From assembly GCF_009914755.1 (NCBI RefSeq), contig NC_060936.1: a stretch of 64,000 nucleotides of DNA; one strand, given 5' to 3'. The DNA comes from the human T2T-CHM13v2.0 reference genome, Homo sapiens. Made by a program: the position numbers and the translations under genes. This document shows, piece after piece, positions 1 to 43,069 of the stretch. Below the pieces are notes generated by a model, which was given only the letters and a program-made list of their open reading frames with translations, was not told the DNA's origin and searched no databases. How positions within the stretch are numbered: the stretch's first letter is position 1; every line of letters starts with the position of its first letter.

Positions 1-419
1 GAACTAGTGCCTGGATAACTATTTGTATAAGTTGACCAGGGATGGCTGGAATGACAAACCATTTGTGTGAGAACTTGCCAGTTATTGCCTAGTTACTCAA
101 AGGATATGACAGGAAAGTAGGGAAGACACTAAGTCTAGATAAAACAGTAGAAAAACACTCCTTTTGCAACTGACTCAATCTTCCTTGCCCTTCTTTGTCC
201 AATTCACCCCACTAACATAGCATGGCAAAAAGAGAAGCTTAGCAAGCAATTTTCCTGGGGTACAAAGAAGTGGCTTCCTAGATAAGCACCAATATCTGAT
301 CTAAAGCATAGTGTCTAATACCTAACAATGCTACATGTTGGTCTCCATACCTCCACACCTTCACTCCTCCTGTCTTCCTACTCACCATTTCCAGAATGAG
401 GACAATCTTTCTTAACAGT

Positions 420-722
420 TTATTTGTATTTATTTATTTTGAGACGGAGTCTTGCTCTGTCACCCAGGGTAGAATGCAGTGGTGCGATCTTGGCTCACTG
501 CAACTTCTACCTCCCAAGTTGAAGCAATTCTCCTGCCTCAGTCTCCTGGGTATCTGGAATTACAGGCATCTGCCACCACACCCAGCTAATTTTTGTATTT
601 TTAGTAAAGACGGGGTTTTGCCATGTTAGCCAGGCTGGTCTCCAAAACCTGGCCTCAAGTGATCTGCCTACCTCGGCCTCCCTAAGTGCTGGGATTAGAG
701 GCATGAGCCACTGCACCTGGCC
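420..722 (-). mobile_element. Alu SINE (AluS-like)
   Basis: Reverse-complement dimeric Alu with a (TTTA)n tail at its left end. Confidence 0.9.
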
Positions 723-1189
723 TGAAGTAACAGTTTAATTTGGCTATTCTCACAACTCAAAATTATGAAAGTACCTACTAATGATAAAATCGAATTTAAG
801 CCGCTCATCTCTGTATTTAGGGCTGTCAGTGCTGCCTCGACACTTTTACCTGCTTTGTGGTGCAGTGGAAAACCATGAGGTTTGGAGTCAGAATATTTGA
901 ATCCAGATCTCATCACTGCATCTAATATCATTATTAACTTAGTAAAAGAGGATACCACCACCTACATCTCCCAGGATTCTTATGAGGATGAAATGAGATA
1001 AACACAAAAGGTGCTTCATAAACCATAAAACTGCCAGTGTTGAGCACTGGAACTTCTCCACACAGTCTCTCACTCTGGTCAAGGCCTGCTTCCTTAAGCA
1101 TTTGTAAGAGGAACAGAATGTTTATTTTTCTATCAGAAAAGATATTTTACTTCTATAAATGTAGCCTTGAAATTCCAATCATCTGGATT

Positions 1190-1299
1190 TTTTTTTTTTT
1201 TTAGCCTAGTCAATTGAAGCAGTGGGAGTGGAGGAGGAACAAAAATCTATAACTGGCTGTGATCAGTTCACTGTAAACACCACTGCACTCAAACCAACC
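1190..1299 (-). pseudogene. Y RNA (hY3-like) retropseudogene with poly(A) tail and TSD
   Basis: Minus strand reads GGTTGGTTTGAGTGCAGTGGTGTTTACAG...CTCCACTCCCACTGCTTCAATTGACTAGGCT plus an A-tail, matching Y3 RNA; TSD CATCTGGATT at 1180-1189 and 1300-1309. Confidence 0.92.
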
Positions 1300-1708
1300 C
1301 ATCTGGATTATTATACATTATAATGTTTTCTGAAGATTTGGTATATTTTAAAGGCTTCTGTCGTAAAAAAAATAGTTTGCAAAATTCTTATTTTTGTACC
1401 TAACAAAAAGTTCAGCACCCTCATGAGAAGCACTTGCTTCAATTGCTACAAAAAAGTTCCAGACAGACTGCTTGTGGATATAAACATGGTTTTCTAAATC
1501 TCTCTAATCTTGGCTCCCATCTTATCTGTCAAGCTAAGCAGGTAGTATTAGAACTATAAAAGAAACACCATCTAATTAATTCTATCTTGCCTATCAGGTT
1601 ATGGGAACAGATTACTAAATCTAATCCCAGAGGAAGAGCTTCTTTGATCTTATTGTCCACTGAAGTTTAGAAATAAATCTAAAATCCTTCCTAAAAAAGC
1701 AAAGGCTT

Positions 1709-5760
<4,052 letters not shown>

Positions 5761-5857
5761 GTGGGGGGAACACCCAAAAACCAAAATAACACACCACAGA
5801 AAACTTAGTTTTACCTTCCCCTCAAGTTACTGCTTTCTCATCCTCCCTTCACTGTCA

Positions 5858-8200
<2,343 letters not shown>

Positions 8201-8488
8201 AAACAAAAAATAAAGCCTTCATTTTATGTCTGATCTGTGTAATATCTGATTCTCATGTTCCTTCTTAAGATGTTCTTCCATTCCTATGGCTTCTGGACAC
8301 CATTCTCTCATGGGTCTTTCAACCCTCTACATCTGCTCCACTTCTACTTCACCAGTATTCCTTCCCTAGTCCTTATTATTCCTGCAGACTTATTTTTGTG
8401 GGAGTTCACTGGATCTGTGACACGTCCACCCTTTCCTACCCTGTGGAGCAGACTGACTACACAGAAAAATGTTGGGCACCTGTCACTT

Positions 8489-8998
8489 GTATTAGTTTCC
8501 TACTGCTGCTCTAATGTATTACCATAACCTAAGTGGCTTAAAACAACACAAACTTTTCATGTGACAACTCTGGAAGACAGAAGTCCAAAACGGGTCTCAC
8601 TAGGCTACAGTCAAGGTGTCAGCAGGTCTGTGTTTCTTCTGGAGGCTCTGGGGGAGAATCTATTTCCTTTTCCAGTTTGTAGAGGCCACCTTCACTCCTT
8701 GGCACATGGTTCCTTCCTCCATTTTTAAAGTCAGCAGCATAACATCTTCAAATCTCTCAACCTGACTTGATTCTCCTACCTTCCACCTTCTTGTAAAATC
8801 CGTTGTAATTACACTGGCCCCACCCAGATAGTCCAGGACAATCTCTCAACTCAAGGTCAGTTGATTATTAGCAACCTTAATTCCATCCACAACCTTAATT
8901 TCCCTTTGCCATGTAATGTAACACATTCCCAGGTTCTGGAAATTAGGATGTGGACATTTCTGGGAGTGGTGAAGAGGCAATATTATTCTGCCTGCCAC
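8489..8998. mobile_element. MaLR solo LTR (MLT1-like)
   Basis: Starts TGTATTAGTTTCCTACTGCTGC..GGCTTAAAACAACACA, contains GGAGGCTCTGGGGGAGAATC and ends ATTCTGCCTGCCACA, all typical of MLT1. Confidence 0.75.
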
Positions 8999-9539
8999 AT
9001 CAGCGAAACCAGCAAATATATAAAAGATAATGGGACCTTCAGTGAGGCATCAAACTGGTCTAAAATAGACAAGATGAGCTTAGCATGGTGGCAGGTGCCT
9101 GTAATCTCAGCTACTTGGGAGGCTGAGGCAAGAGAATCATGTGAGCCTGAGAGGCGGAGGTTGCAGTGAGCCAAGACCACGTCACTGCACTCCAGCCTGG
9201 GCAACAGAGTGAGACTCCGTCTCAAATAAATATGAAAGACAAGATGAGAACAGTGTGAAATGGCAGAATAGTTGCAGGAAGAACTGAATGAGGACTACAA
9301 GGGAACAAAATACTGCCCTTACACTCTAGGTTTCAAAAAGAAAATTAGGCTGCATTTTATAGAATAGCTCACATTTGTCTCTGACACATCTCCCCATGCT
9401 AAAATTATAATTTCTATTTCTGGAACCTTCCCTACATGATCACTTGACTCAGAATCCTTTGATGACTCTAAGCATATCTTCTAATCCTCCCCCAATCTCT
9501 TCACAACTTTAAAATTATGAAACCTAACAAATAAGTTAT

Positions 9540-10477
<938 letters not shown>

Positions 10478-10478
10478 T

Positions 10479-11183
<705 letters not shown>

Positions 11184-11189
11184 AGTGAG

Positions 11190-11755
11190 ACAACATAGCC
11201 TAGGTAGCAGAACCACCACCCAAGGCAGGAATGGAACATACACCTTGTCCCTTTCTGAGCTCATTCCCCCAAAACCCCACTTCCAGACACTTCTAATGTG
11301 TATTGCCAGGGCAGGTATTTATAATCAATCACGGTTTCTTTGTAATGGAACCCAGACACAGTCTGCCTCATAACCCTCATCTCTGGGCTCCAAGCAGCCT
11401 CTTGTATTTACTCAGAGTTAGCCCATCACCTGGAGCCTATTTGGCATTCCAGCCTTAAGGACACCTCACGGGTGACAGGACCAAGGCACAGCCCCAGTGT
11501 AAACAGACATGGGTGCAGTCAAATGGGAGGGTCCAGGTACCAGTGCTGATGGGCCAGGGTCTTCAAGGGCCTACTTAACCTAGATGAGGATCAAACTACA
11601 TGTGCTGCTGGGAGAAACAGTCTCTGCTGATACAGGTATTGAATGAATAACAAAGGCAGAAGAGAAAAATCAAGCATGGAGTTTGAGGTTGGCCCATGTA
11701 AACTACAGAATAAAGCAAAAACCAGTTATTTTAAAATAAAATAAAATAAAAATAA
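11190..11755 (+). pseudogene. Probable 3'UTR plus poly(A) half of the FAM32A retrocopy
   Basis: Unique sequence ending in AATAAA (11709-11714) followed by an A-rich tail (11732-11755); assignment to FAM32A is inferred from context. Confidence 0.55.
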
Positions 11756-11823
11756 TCATAGTGATGGATTATAAGCCACTGAATAAAATAGGAATGCAAG
11801 AGTCCAAACTGATAAAAGATTAA

Positions 11824-12361
<538 letters not shown>

Positions 12362-12584
12362 TGATATATTTAGAAAAACCACCATTTAGCAAACTAAAAT
12401 TAATGGATTCAAGCAAGGATCATCAACAGACACTGAAATTAATGGGTAAAAGTCTGACAAATAACAGGATATTTGTATAATATTAAAGTACCTGTTCAGA
12501 AACTACTTATTAATTAAAAGGGAGAAAAAAAAGTAACCACAGTGGAGAACCAGGCAGACACCACGTTAATCCACATGATGAAAG

Positions 12585-12791
12585 CAGTGGTGTGCTAGAG
12601 CCCATTCCTACCAACCCAGGAAAGGGACATTTCCCAACCTTGTGTTCCGTGATGACAGACTCTATTTAGAAATTGGGCATGGTGGGAATATTTACAACAC
12701 AGAATGGGGCAATGGCAAATGCCACAGAACAGGGCAATATCTCCCCCTCCAGAGCCAGTTGAGTTGTTAAACATTTGTCAGCACCACACTG
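12585..12791. mobile_element. hAT-type MITE (MER63-like)
   Basis: Imperfect TIRs CAGTGGTGTGCT / AGCACCACACTG with 8-bp TSD-like flanks GATGAAAG / GATCAAAG. Confidence 0.7.
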
Positions 12792-12996
12792 GATCAAAGT
12801 TAACTACCACCAGGCAATTCAACTTTCTGTGTCTCCTGATACTTCACACTAAGAAGAGCACAACATCATTTTTGTCATATTCTGCCCAAAATGTATGACC
12901 TCAATCTAGTGAGAAAACATGAGTTGGGGGAGGGGACGGGAACACACGACTAGATTGAGAGGCATCCTACAAAATAACTGGCAAAACATCAAGGTC

Positions 12997-13309
<313 letters not shown>

Positions 13310-13799
13310 TCAAGGTCAAGACAGACAAAGATGATTAGGAAGGTGTTTCAGACTAAAGGAGACTAAAGAAACAGGACAACTAAATGCAATATATGATCCT
13401 AATTGGATGCTAGACCAGAAATTTTTTTTTTTTTTTTTGCTATTAAGGACATAATTGGGACAACTGGTGAATATGAATAAAATCTTTAGATTGAAAAACA
13501 GAATTATATCAATGTTAAGTTTCTGATTTTGAACACTGTACTATGGTTATATAATAAAAGAATGCCCCAAATGCATACAAAAGTATATGGAAGAAAAGGC
13601 ATAAGTCTGCTACTGTCAGGTGGTTCGCCAAAAATATTTTTTAAAGAAAGAAACATGTTAATAAAGGAAAATGCGGGTACCAGACACACAGTTCTTTGTA
13701 CTATTCTGGGGACTTTTCTATAAGTCTGAAATTATTTAAACATTAAGTTACAAGGGAAAAACCATGAACGCTACCTGATCCTCTGCCCTCATCTCTAGG

Positions 13800-14200
13800 T
13801 CCACATGGCTGCAGTCGGAGGGAGGCGGTGAGCAAGGTGTTCTCCAAGGTCTCAAGGGGCCCCAAGGCTACAAGGTCAGAACAGAAGCAAAGGCCACGTC
13901 CACCACCGACCCACCTCAAGAGCCACAGCCTCTCGGGTCTCCACAGCCCCACTCAGGTCTCACACACAGGCGCAGGGACTAGCCACAGGTGCAGCAACGT
14001 CACGTCTTTCCCCTGGGCGCGTGTGCAGCTCGAGGCTTTGCAGGAGGCGCACCTGCGATGGCCTTACCGCCAGGTGAGCCCGGCGGGCTCTCATCGCCTC
14101 AGCCGGAGATTCCAACTGCAGGGAGCGCACCTCCTCTGGCTAGGGCGCGTTTCCAAAGGATGGCAAGAATCCTGGCCTCTGATGGCTATCTTCTCCCCTT
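13800..14200 (+). promoter_or_regulatory. GC/CpG-enriched non-repetitive region about 1.3 kb upstream of the HIGD1C ATG; candidate promoter or first exon
   Basis: Local CpG enrichment in a CpG-depleted neighbourhood; CAAGG cluster; ACGTCACGT motif; donor CAG|GTGAGC at 14073/14074. Confidence 0.55.
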
Positions 14201-15285
14201 CCCCTCCAAGCCCAGTGTTGTGACCCTGTGCCCTCTTTCCCCTCAATTTTGGGCCCAGGAGTCAGGTACTAAGACTCAACAGTCACAGAGGGAAGTCAGG
14301 AGCTCCCTTGTGAAGGCAGACTTAAGCAAATGCATCTTCTTCCAAAGCCTTCATGTTTTTCTTAATGTTGGCTTCAAAAGCCTAGTTTGTGGCCCAGGCT
14401 GCTACTGGTGAGTTTCTAGCAGGGTGCTGGAAATCTTGGCCAATACCAGCCGACCACTCCCCCAGTCCCCTGGGGCGTGTTTCTGGGCTTTCCCATTATC
14501 AATTAGTTGGAAATTGCACATCGTGTCCTGGCCTTACAACAAACACCTGTTCTGATCTACAGCCTCTTGCTGAAGGAACAACAGGAGACAGACAGCAGGT
14601 GGCGGGGTGTGCCACAGGTATTGTGCTTCTTACGCTTAAGTTTTCTGATGAAGTCTCATTCATAGGATGAAGCCGCTGTATTTGAATTCTGGGGTGAACA
14701 CAATAAGCTGCACAGGGAACAGACTCAGGCGCTGCTAAATCTGTTGTGATTATAGTTGCTTTTGCAAGTTTCTTCATTCATCCTATGTAGACAAGCCAGG
14801 CTAGACAAGGAATCCATTGTCTAGCATAGCAACTGGCACACAGTAGGTGCTTGGTAAATATCTGAATGACTTTATAATGCCCTGCACATTCTGCAGAGTT
14901 GAAGTGATCATTCTCCCAATACCTGTAAATCTGGAAGTATTTTTGCCTATGTTGGCACTGCCATACTTCTTTAAAATGATACTTTAAAAAGAAAATGTGT
15001 TCTTCAAATACAGTGCTTGTGGAAGAAGTCCTGAGGTTCCCAGTGATCTCAAATGCTGAGCAGTGGAAAGGAGACTGAATAACAGCATTATGATCTGTGT
15101 TTTTACTCTGTATTCATGAAATCTGATTATCATTTCCTCTCTCTATGTATTTTTTTCTTATCCCCTTCCCCTGCAAAATGAAAAAATTCGGTAGTGAAAA
15201 GTGTGAAGGAAAGACAATTGTTTCAGTTGAGCAGATAGGCTTATCAAACAAATGAAAACAAAAAAACACATAATCAAGAGTATGA

Positions 15286-15468
<183 letters not shown>

Positions 15469-15940
15469 TGACTGGATGCAGAAAACTGTAATAACACAAT
15501 GATGCCTTACCCAGTGCCTTTGCGGATTGAAATGTTTCTTATAATTGAATTTTTTCAGATAATTGAAGCTAACCTCCTCTAAGCATGTGTTGAACTTTCA
15601 GAATAGTTCCTAATACATGATAAGCCCCCAGTAAATGTTAGCTGTTATTTGAGGCATCAAATTTTATTCTATTTTATCCATTTCATTAGAAGTCTACCTA
15701 AAATTATTAGTTCCTAGCCAGTCAAATGGAATAGATTGAATGAATATTAACATTTCAGTCATAACTCAGGACCATCAACAGCAGCATCAGTTTATTATAT
15801 TTAAAGCCTATTAGGGACTATTGAGATGCATATGTCTCTTTGTCTTGTAAGTAATCTAAACTTTAAGTTCTTACATCTTCTGTTTATAGATTTTTCTGTT
15901 TCTATCTTACTATTGGGCACATTAAAAACTTCTGCTTCTA

Positions 15941-21307
<5,367 letters not shown>

Positions 21308-22301
21308 CAGTATCTGTTATCTGGCTATTTTTGTTTTGTCATGGATTAAGTTCTCAGTGTTTTAAATCTTTTTCTAGAATCTTTCCTATTTAGTTGATGA
21401 GTTCTTTGTTTCAGAGCCAGTTACATAGAATCTTGGTTGTCACAGCAGTATATTCACCCCTTGACATTTGTAGGAAATACAGAAATATTTGTATAGGCTT
21501 CTGAACTTTTCTAGAATCACAGTTCTTGCCAGAGTTATGCTTCTTGTGCATATATTCATACCTTTTCATCTCTCACTAAAGTTTATTGTTTCACTTTATA
21601 TAGAAGCACAAATTTTTTCTCACTCTACTGGGTTTACTCCTTATTTGGTAACAGGAAGAGAAGAGTAAAGCCAAACACTCAAAAGCTGTGGGCACTGAGA
21701 TGCTGGGTTAGTTCACTTACTGGCTAAGTGACTTGCCACAGATAATAACTTTGTAGCATGCACAGTTTGAAATCATTCCTCAGGAAATTACAAATGACTA
21801 GACAAGTTACTACACTATATGGTTCTAATTTTTCTGGGAAGAGTCAAAACTGCAAATACTGGACTCAAGAATATTAAGGGCTCATTTTAAAGTCTGGTAG
21901 ATCAAATCCAGCTTGGTTCTTTGAAAAATGTCTTTGCTGGAGTCTTTCCTGCTTATCTTTCAGGTTCTTATCCTGTAGACATTCTTTCATTTAACTCTCT
22001 AAGCACTTGAAAATTCTTGCCTGCTGTGTATTTAACCCATACATTTTTTTTTCTAGAGACAGGGTCTCACTCTGTCACCCAGGCTGTAGTGCAGTGGTGC
22101 AATCACAGCTCACTGAAGCCCTGAACTCCTAGGCTCAAGGGATCCTCCTGCCTCAGCCTCCTGAGTAGCTGGGACTACAGACGTGTATCACCATGTATGG
22201 CTAATTTTTTTTTTTTTAGAGATGGGGTCTTGCTATGTTGCCCAGGCTGTTTTCAAACTCCTGGTTTTTACACGATGCTCCTGCCTCAGCCTTCCAAATA
22301 A

Positions 22302-22496
<195 letters not shown>

Positions 22497-23358
22497 TGAG
22501 AGTACATTTATTTATTTTATTCATTCATAGTAGAAGATGAATGTTGGGTCACAATGATGTAATGAGAGAGGGGTAGGAAAGACTGATCTTCCCTTAGTTG
22601 AGGTTGTGGCCCAGTTGTGCGCTTAATTTTTTATGAATGCAGCTGACAAAAACTGACAAAACCTATGGTAGAAAACTAGGGCAATGGGCTGTTCTTCTCT
22701 TTAGTGAAGGGAGTGGTGAATAGTTCCTATCCTATAACTCAAGCGCAGCAGTTATGGATAGATCACAGCCTATATTGTGGCTGTGATCCCCATCTCATGG
22801 CTAAGAGCAGCGATCGTATTTCCCAGCCTATCTGAACAGCAAATGTAGTTATTAGCTTAGGAAGAAGACATTTTAGAGTCCACAAATCTCATCTGCCTTC
22901 TTCTTTCCTTCCAAGTTTCAGCAATAGGCAAATCTTTTTTTATTAGTCCATAAATTAAGCAAGACCTACCAGTCAAATCCAAAGAAAAGGTATAAAATTG
23001 TCTTCATTAATTCAGGTTATACCCAGAGCTAAATCAGGTAGTTCTAACAAGAAGTCCATTTTAGGACCTAAATTAATCTAAATTTGTTTGGCCTACATTA
23101 ATGAGAACAGGTCACAATACTCTTAAGTCCCCTTCATGACGTGCAGAGTGGAGTCATCCTGCGTAGGATGGAGATTACAGAATGATGGGCATGGGGCTTG
23201 CAAGGAAAGTTACGTGGTAATAATCTTATTACTGTGAGCTGTAATGTGCTCCAAATACAGGAAGCCTTACTATAAAGTTACAGTCCTCATTTTCATCATT
23301 CAGCAAACATTGATTGAATGCCTGCTATGTACCAGACACTGTTTAGAAATATGACTCA

Positions 23359-24109
<751 letters not shown>

Positions 24110-24269
24110 CTAGGGCTGGGAGGCCAGAGGAGGCTTCTTTAAGGATGTAAACCATGTACTGAACCAAGAATAAGGAGGAATTAACTAAGCAGAGAAGGAC
24201 CTCAGGATTCTAGGCAGAGGAAAAAACAAAGGCACAGAAGCATGGCATGTAAGTGGAACTCTACATAGC

Positions 24270-31075
<6,806 letters not shown>

Positions 31076-31645
31076 CGTCATACTTACAATAATGAATATA
31101 TGGGTTTCACACTCAGAAGAGGGATCTAATTTCAAGATCTGATGCCTTGATAACTGAGACAGGTATGGGCTGGTGGTGGTGGTATGTGAGTTGTAGTTTA
31201 AATCTGTGACTCCCTAACTTGCTTTTGGGTGAGAACATTTGCTGACATCCTTGGAACTCATTAAAGCAGCTCCTCTCTTCCTTACCCTATTCCTTCTGGC
31301 TACTTCCCCCTTTCTGCATGCCCCAGGACTCTGTGGAAGCCATACATATCATCCGCCTAAACTCACAGGCAATTCACCCACTAGATCATAAATCCCTAGA
31401 AGCAGGAATTAGATCCACTCACCATTTGTTTTCCTCGGGATACTGAGTACAAGTAGAGACTGAATAAATGTTTGCTAATTGAGATGACTACTATTTTTAT
31501 CTTCACATCTGGTCAAATTTGCCCACTTTCCTAACATTTCACCAATATTTTGGTGGCACTAAAACATCATAAATTTAAGTTGATATTGATTTGAAAGGGC
31601 TCCTAGAGTTTTGTTTTTTGTTTTTTTCTAGAGTCACTTGTATGA

Positions 31646-31855
<210 letters not shown>

Positions 31856-31913
31856 AGCTTACATGCTGGAAGCAAGAAAGACAAGAAGCTTCTGAAAACT
31901 ATTTATTATGAAG

Positions 31914-31919
31914 AATAAA
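31914..31919 (+). terminator. HIGD1C: Candidate HIGD1C polyadenylation signal
   Basis: First AATAAA after the stop codon, 58 nt downstream. Confidence 0.55.
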
Positions 31920-32196
31920 TTTTCAATATGTAGCAAATTTTACTACACAAGTGTCACAGAATGCTCATAGCCTTTGTATTTCAAGTCTCAGTGTTTTAAG
32001 AAGTTGATTTCCAGATCAACAATCATAAACAGTCAACTCAGAAATATCCCGTGTTAATGTCTTTCAGAACCTAGGGCATGATTTTCTGACTTAATTTTTT
32101 CAAATTTTGTAGTTAGTGGCAGAAAATAATCTGCCACTAATCTGTCAAACTAATGATAATCTGCCAAACCAATCTGAAAAATTAATAATTATATAA

Positions 32197-32569
<373 letters not shown>

Positions 32570-33750
32570 TAATTCTCCCCAAATAGGGCAAAGTAATTAC
32601 GGTTTCATAAACTCCTTTTTAGAATGGGTAATAATGACATCAGAGGAGAATGGTCATGTTGTTATATAAAGTTGGTTCACCACTTTATATCTCATTCTTA
32701 TACAGAAACTTGACTATTTTACCGCAAATACATGTTTAACATTTAATTATTTGTTTATTCATTTTTAGACTTTAAAGTAGTTCTAGGAATACAAAGGTAA
32801 ACTGCAAACACATTTCTTTTTCCTGAGATGGCAAAAAGGATTTAGTCCAGAAGTGCTAATGCTAATGTGGTACGACACTGTAGAAAACACAAGAAACCAA
32901 AGCAGATGTTAAAGGTTAAGTTTACCTGTGGCCTTGGACTCCGCTCTAACTGCCCTCAGGGTCTAAAAAATTAACTAGGCTTTGCTGAAGACATAACTGC
33001 CTTGACTTAAGCTTAATCCCAAAGACTCCAAGCCTAGGAGAGAAAAAAATAGTCACTGAAATAAAATCAAGAATATATGCAATGTAAGATGATTTCTGGT
33101 GGGTACTTCCTTTTCCTCAGTGTTTCCTGTAATGGAGGTTTACACTGACAAGAAGGTGAAGTCCAGTATTTGGGGATAAGAAAGATGTAAGAATATATGA
33201 AAATATGTCTGCATTCTGGATATTAACCTAGTGTTCTGTGTATTATATACATTTTTCCCCATTGGGACAGACAATTATTTTAAAAGTTGTCAACTGTATC
33301 TATCATGAAGATCTTCTAGTGCTACCAACAAGTACATATTTTGGTCAACACTGTCCTCTTTGGAAAATAGGCAAGGAAAGAATCCAACTGCTTTATTCCA
33401 TTAGAGTAAATATTCCAGCAGCTGGATCTAATATGTTCCATTAAGGTCAGGAAAACTGAGGACAGCTGGCATGGAAATAAGTCATCCTTTCATGTTGGTT
33501 GTGCAATGAAAAGTATTTCTAACCAGGCCACTGGAAATATTCTACCTTCTCAATATGTACTCAGCACTAAAAATAGATTAAGAGTTTAATTAGAAACTAG
33601 CTTTTCCTACAAAACCCAGTAAGTTCCACAATTTTGTAATCTTACTCTGAGAAAGCTAAAGTAATATATTTGTTGCTTGAAAAAAGCAATGCTAAGTATT
33701 CATTTGTTAAGAGTATCTATGCATGAGAACCTACAAACTATGTTTAAATT

Positions 33751-40008
<6,258 letters not shown>

Positions 40009-41143
40009 CATTTGAAGAAAAGTTAGGAAGTATGCAGGATGTGAATTTACCCACTTCAGCTTGGGTAAAGTTTGAGGGTCATTGCATGAAGACCCTATAA
40101 ACAGATAACATAACAATACTTGAATTTGCAAAAGACTTCCTGGGCAAAATTTTAGTGGCCTCATGTTGTAATGTCTGAAATTGAGAAGGCTGTTTATATT
40201 AGCTACTAAAACCACTGCCTCTGTTACTAATGAAACTACTTCATATACCTGGATACACTCACCTGCCTTTTATATTAGGCTGGCACACAGTTATGTAGCA
40301 GTGACTGCTCAGTAACAATTAGGTAATTGCACTTTTTCTGACATTCTGTGTATACATTGTCAGAGCATCCTTTTACAGATTGACTCTATAGTGTTGAACC
40401 CCAGGAATTAAGTGAATGCACTCAGGTTATTCTTAAGATTGAATATATTAATATATGCACAAGTACACTTATAGTAATCCAGATTTATATACCACAAATT
40501 GGAGAGTGATTAAATATTCTTAACTTAGAAAAAAGCTTACCCAAGACTCACTCTTAGTTATCAACCTCCTCTACTGGCTTTGACATGATTCAGTTTGCTT
40601 TATTATGACATTTTCTGATTACAGGAGTTCTGTGACCTGAACGGTACACTTGTAAACCTGTATTCTCTGTTCCTAGTAACATATAGTTCAGGACTGGAAA
40701 AGAGCTATAGAAATTCCATAAGTACTTAACCAACCACCTCACCTTTCTATGAGTTTCACAACAGGATGTTTTTATTTTTTACCTTCGTTTCCCCAACACT
40801 CTCTGGTAATGAAACAACTGAGAAATAAAACCACCCAGGGAGGCGGGGAAAATCCAACACACTGGTTTCATCTAGAGTTGTTGTCCTGTATAAAGAAACC
40901 AAAAACACTTAAGAGTCTCTTTTTCAAGTAAAAGCGTAAAACTGATGTGAATTCAGTCTCAGTTTTAAGATCAGAAGGACTCTATAGCCTGAGTTGCAGG
41001 GTTGGCTGCTCTCATTATCTGAAGTTTCAAGAGGCCCTGAAGTAGAAATGAGGAAATTTTAAAGTGTCATTTTAGAAAAATCCCTGCCTCTTTAAGGGCC
41101 GATTATAAACGAACATAGGCAATGTCTGGATTTTTTAAAAAGT

Positions 41144-41149
41144 TTTATT
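41144..41149 (-). terminator. SLC11A2: Candidate poly(A) signal of the non-IRE SLC11A2 3'UTR (another candidate at 40771-40776)
   Basis: TTTATT on +, i.e. AATAAA on -, downstream of the exon 17 stop. Confidence 0.45.
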
Positions 41150-41287
41150 GAAATGTAGTAAGTTCTAAAATAAGGCAGAGAGGTCATATATTTAATGCTG
41201 AAAGGGGAAAGTGATGCTCAAAGTCACACAAAGGCTGCAGGATTTGCTGACTCAACACCTTTGGGGCTAGAAAGAAATGAGGAGTGA

Positions 41288-41876
<589 letters not shown>

Positions 41877-43069
41877 TTTAAGGAAACAAATTCCTGGTTA
41901 GGAAGGTGGGTGAAAAAAAAAAATCTATACATGTAGGCAAGCAGTTTGTGATATGTGGACTAATATTCCAAATCTCACTCTAGTACTAATCTCATGCTAC
42001 TTGGTATAAATAGGTATTTTAAAGTGAAACATTTAGCATTCCCTAGGAGATTCAACAATACAAATATTGGCCACTCCTAGAAATAGACTTTGGACCTAGA
42101 AACAGTGTTTGGTATGTTAATGGGAATAGTGGGAAGAAAATACATTGGCGGACTATACAAATATTAGAAAGAAGATAAATATCTTCACTATCTTATGTCA
42201 GGACTTACAAGCTAAATGTTAGAAGTTTCCTCTTTTTTTGCCTAAAACTTGAATGCCAGAATGAGCTGAGTTACAATGCAGCACGGAAAACTGATCACTG
42301 GTTAAAGTTTGGTTTCTGGATCTTGTTACTGGATATTAAAGCTCTTTGGCAATGCCTTCATATCTGTTTAATGACTAGAAAACAATTCAAGAAAAGTGAC
42401 GACAAAGACAATAATTACAAAATAGGCTGATAACCAGAGTTAATTATGATTGCCAAACAGAAGAAATGTTTTTTTAAGAAATGATGTGTTAATATGATGT
42501 GTTAATATCAGTAGATACAAAGGATATAATCTGGTTGACTAAAATCAAACTGAAATTTCACTGACATAGTAAAGTATCACTTTACAAGATAGTCAATTTG
42601 ACCAGTTCATTGTGAAAAAGAGCATTATTCTCTTTTCTTTCTCACTTGTGATCCAGACAAAACAAATATCTGATATATCAAAACAATATTTAAAAAAAAA
42701 ATACAAAAGTTCTATCAGTTTCATATAACCTTAAAACTCTACCCAAACTGAGATGCTCAGGTTTACATAAATATATATACATATATATCTTTTAAATCCC
42801 AGAGTCCAAGACACAAGCCCATAGGGGTGTGTGGCCATCAGAGGCCAATCGTTTAACTCTGGGAGTGTATGACTGTTACGAGGTGGGTGGGTCTCTGACC
42901 TACATTTATAGCTGTCAGTTTTGAACACCCTTCCCATGAGGAAATCTTTGCCTTTTGTTCAAAACGTCTGAACAAAACTCACCTCTGAACTAACAGAGAC
43001 GTTAACGGGACACCTGGCACAAAAAGGGCTTAGAAAAACATGTTCTTATAGAGTCTCTCAGGCTGTCAG

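Noticed and set aside
13828-14777. Non-repeat ORFs of 92-140 aa in the GC-rich patch
   Set aside because: Mostly non-ATG starts, no recognisable homology, and expected by chance in GC-rich DNA; only the short spliced ATG exon was retained as a hypothesis
42481-42506. 13-bp tandem duplication (ATGATGTGTTAAT)x2 in the non-IRE UTR
   Set aside because: Ordinary slippage duplication with no evidence of function
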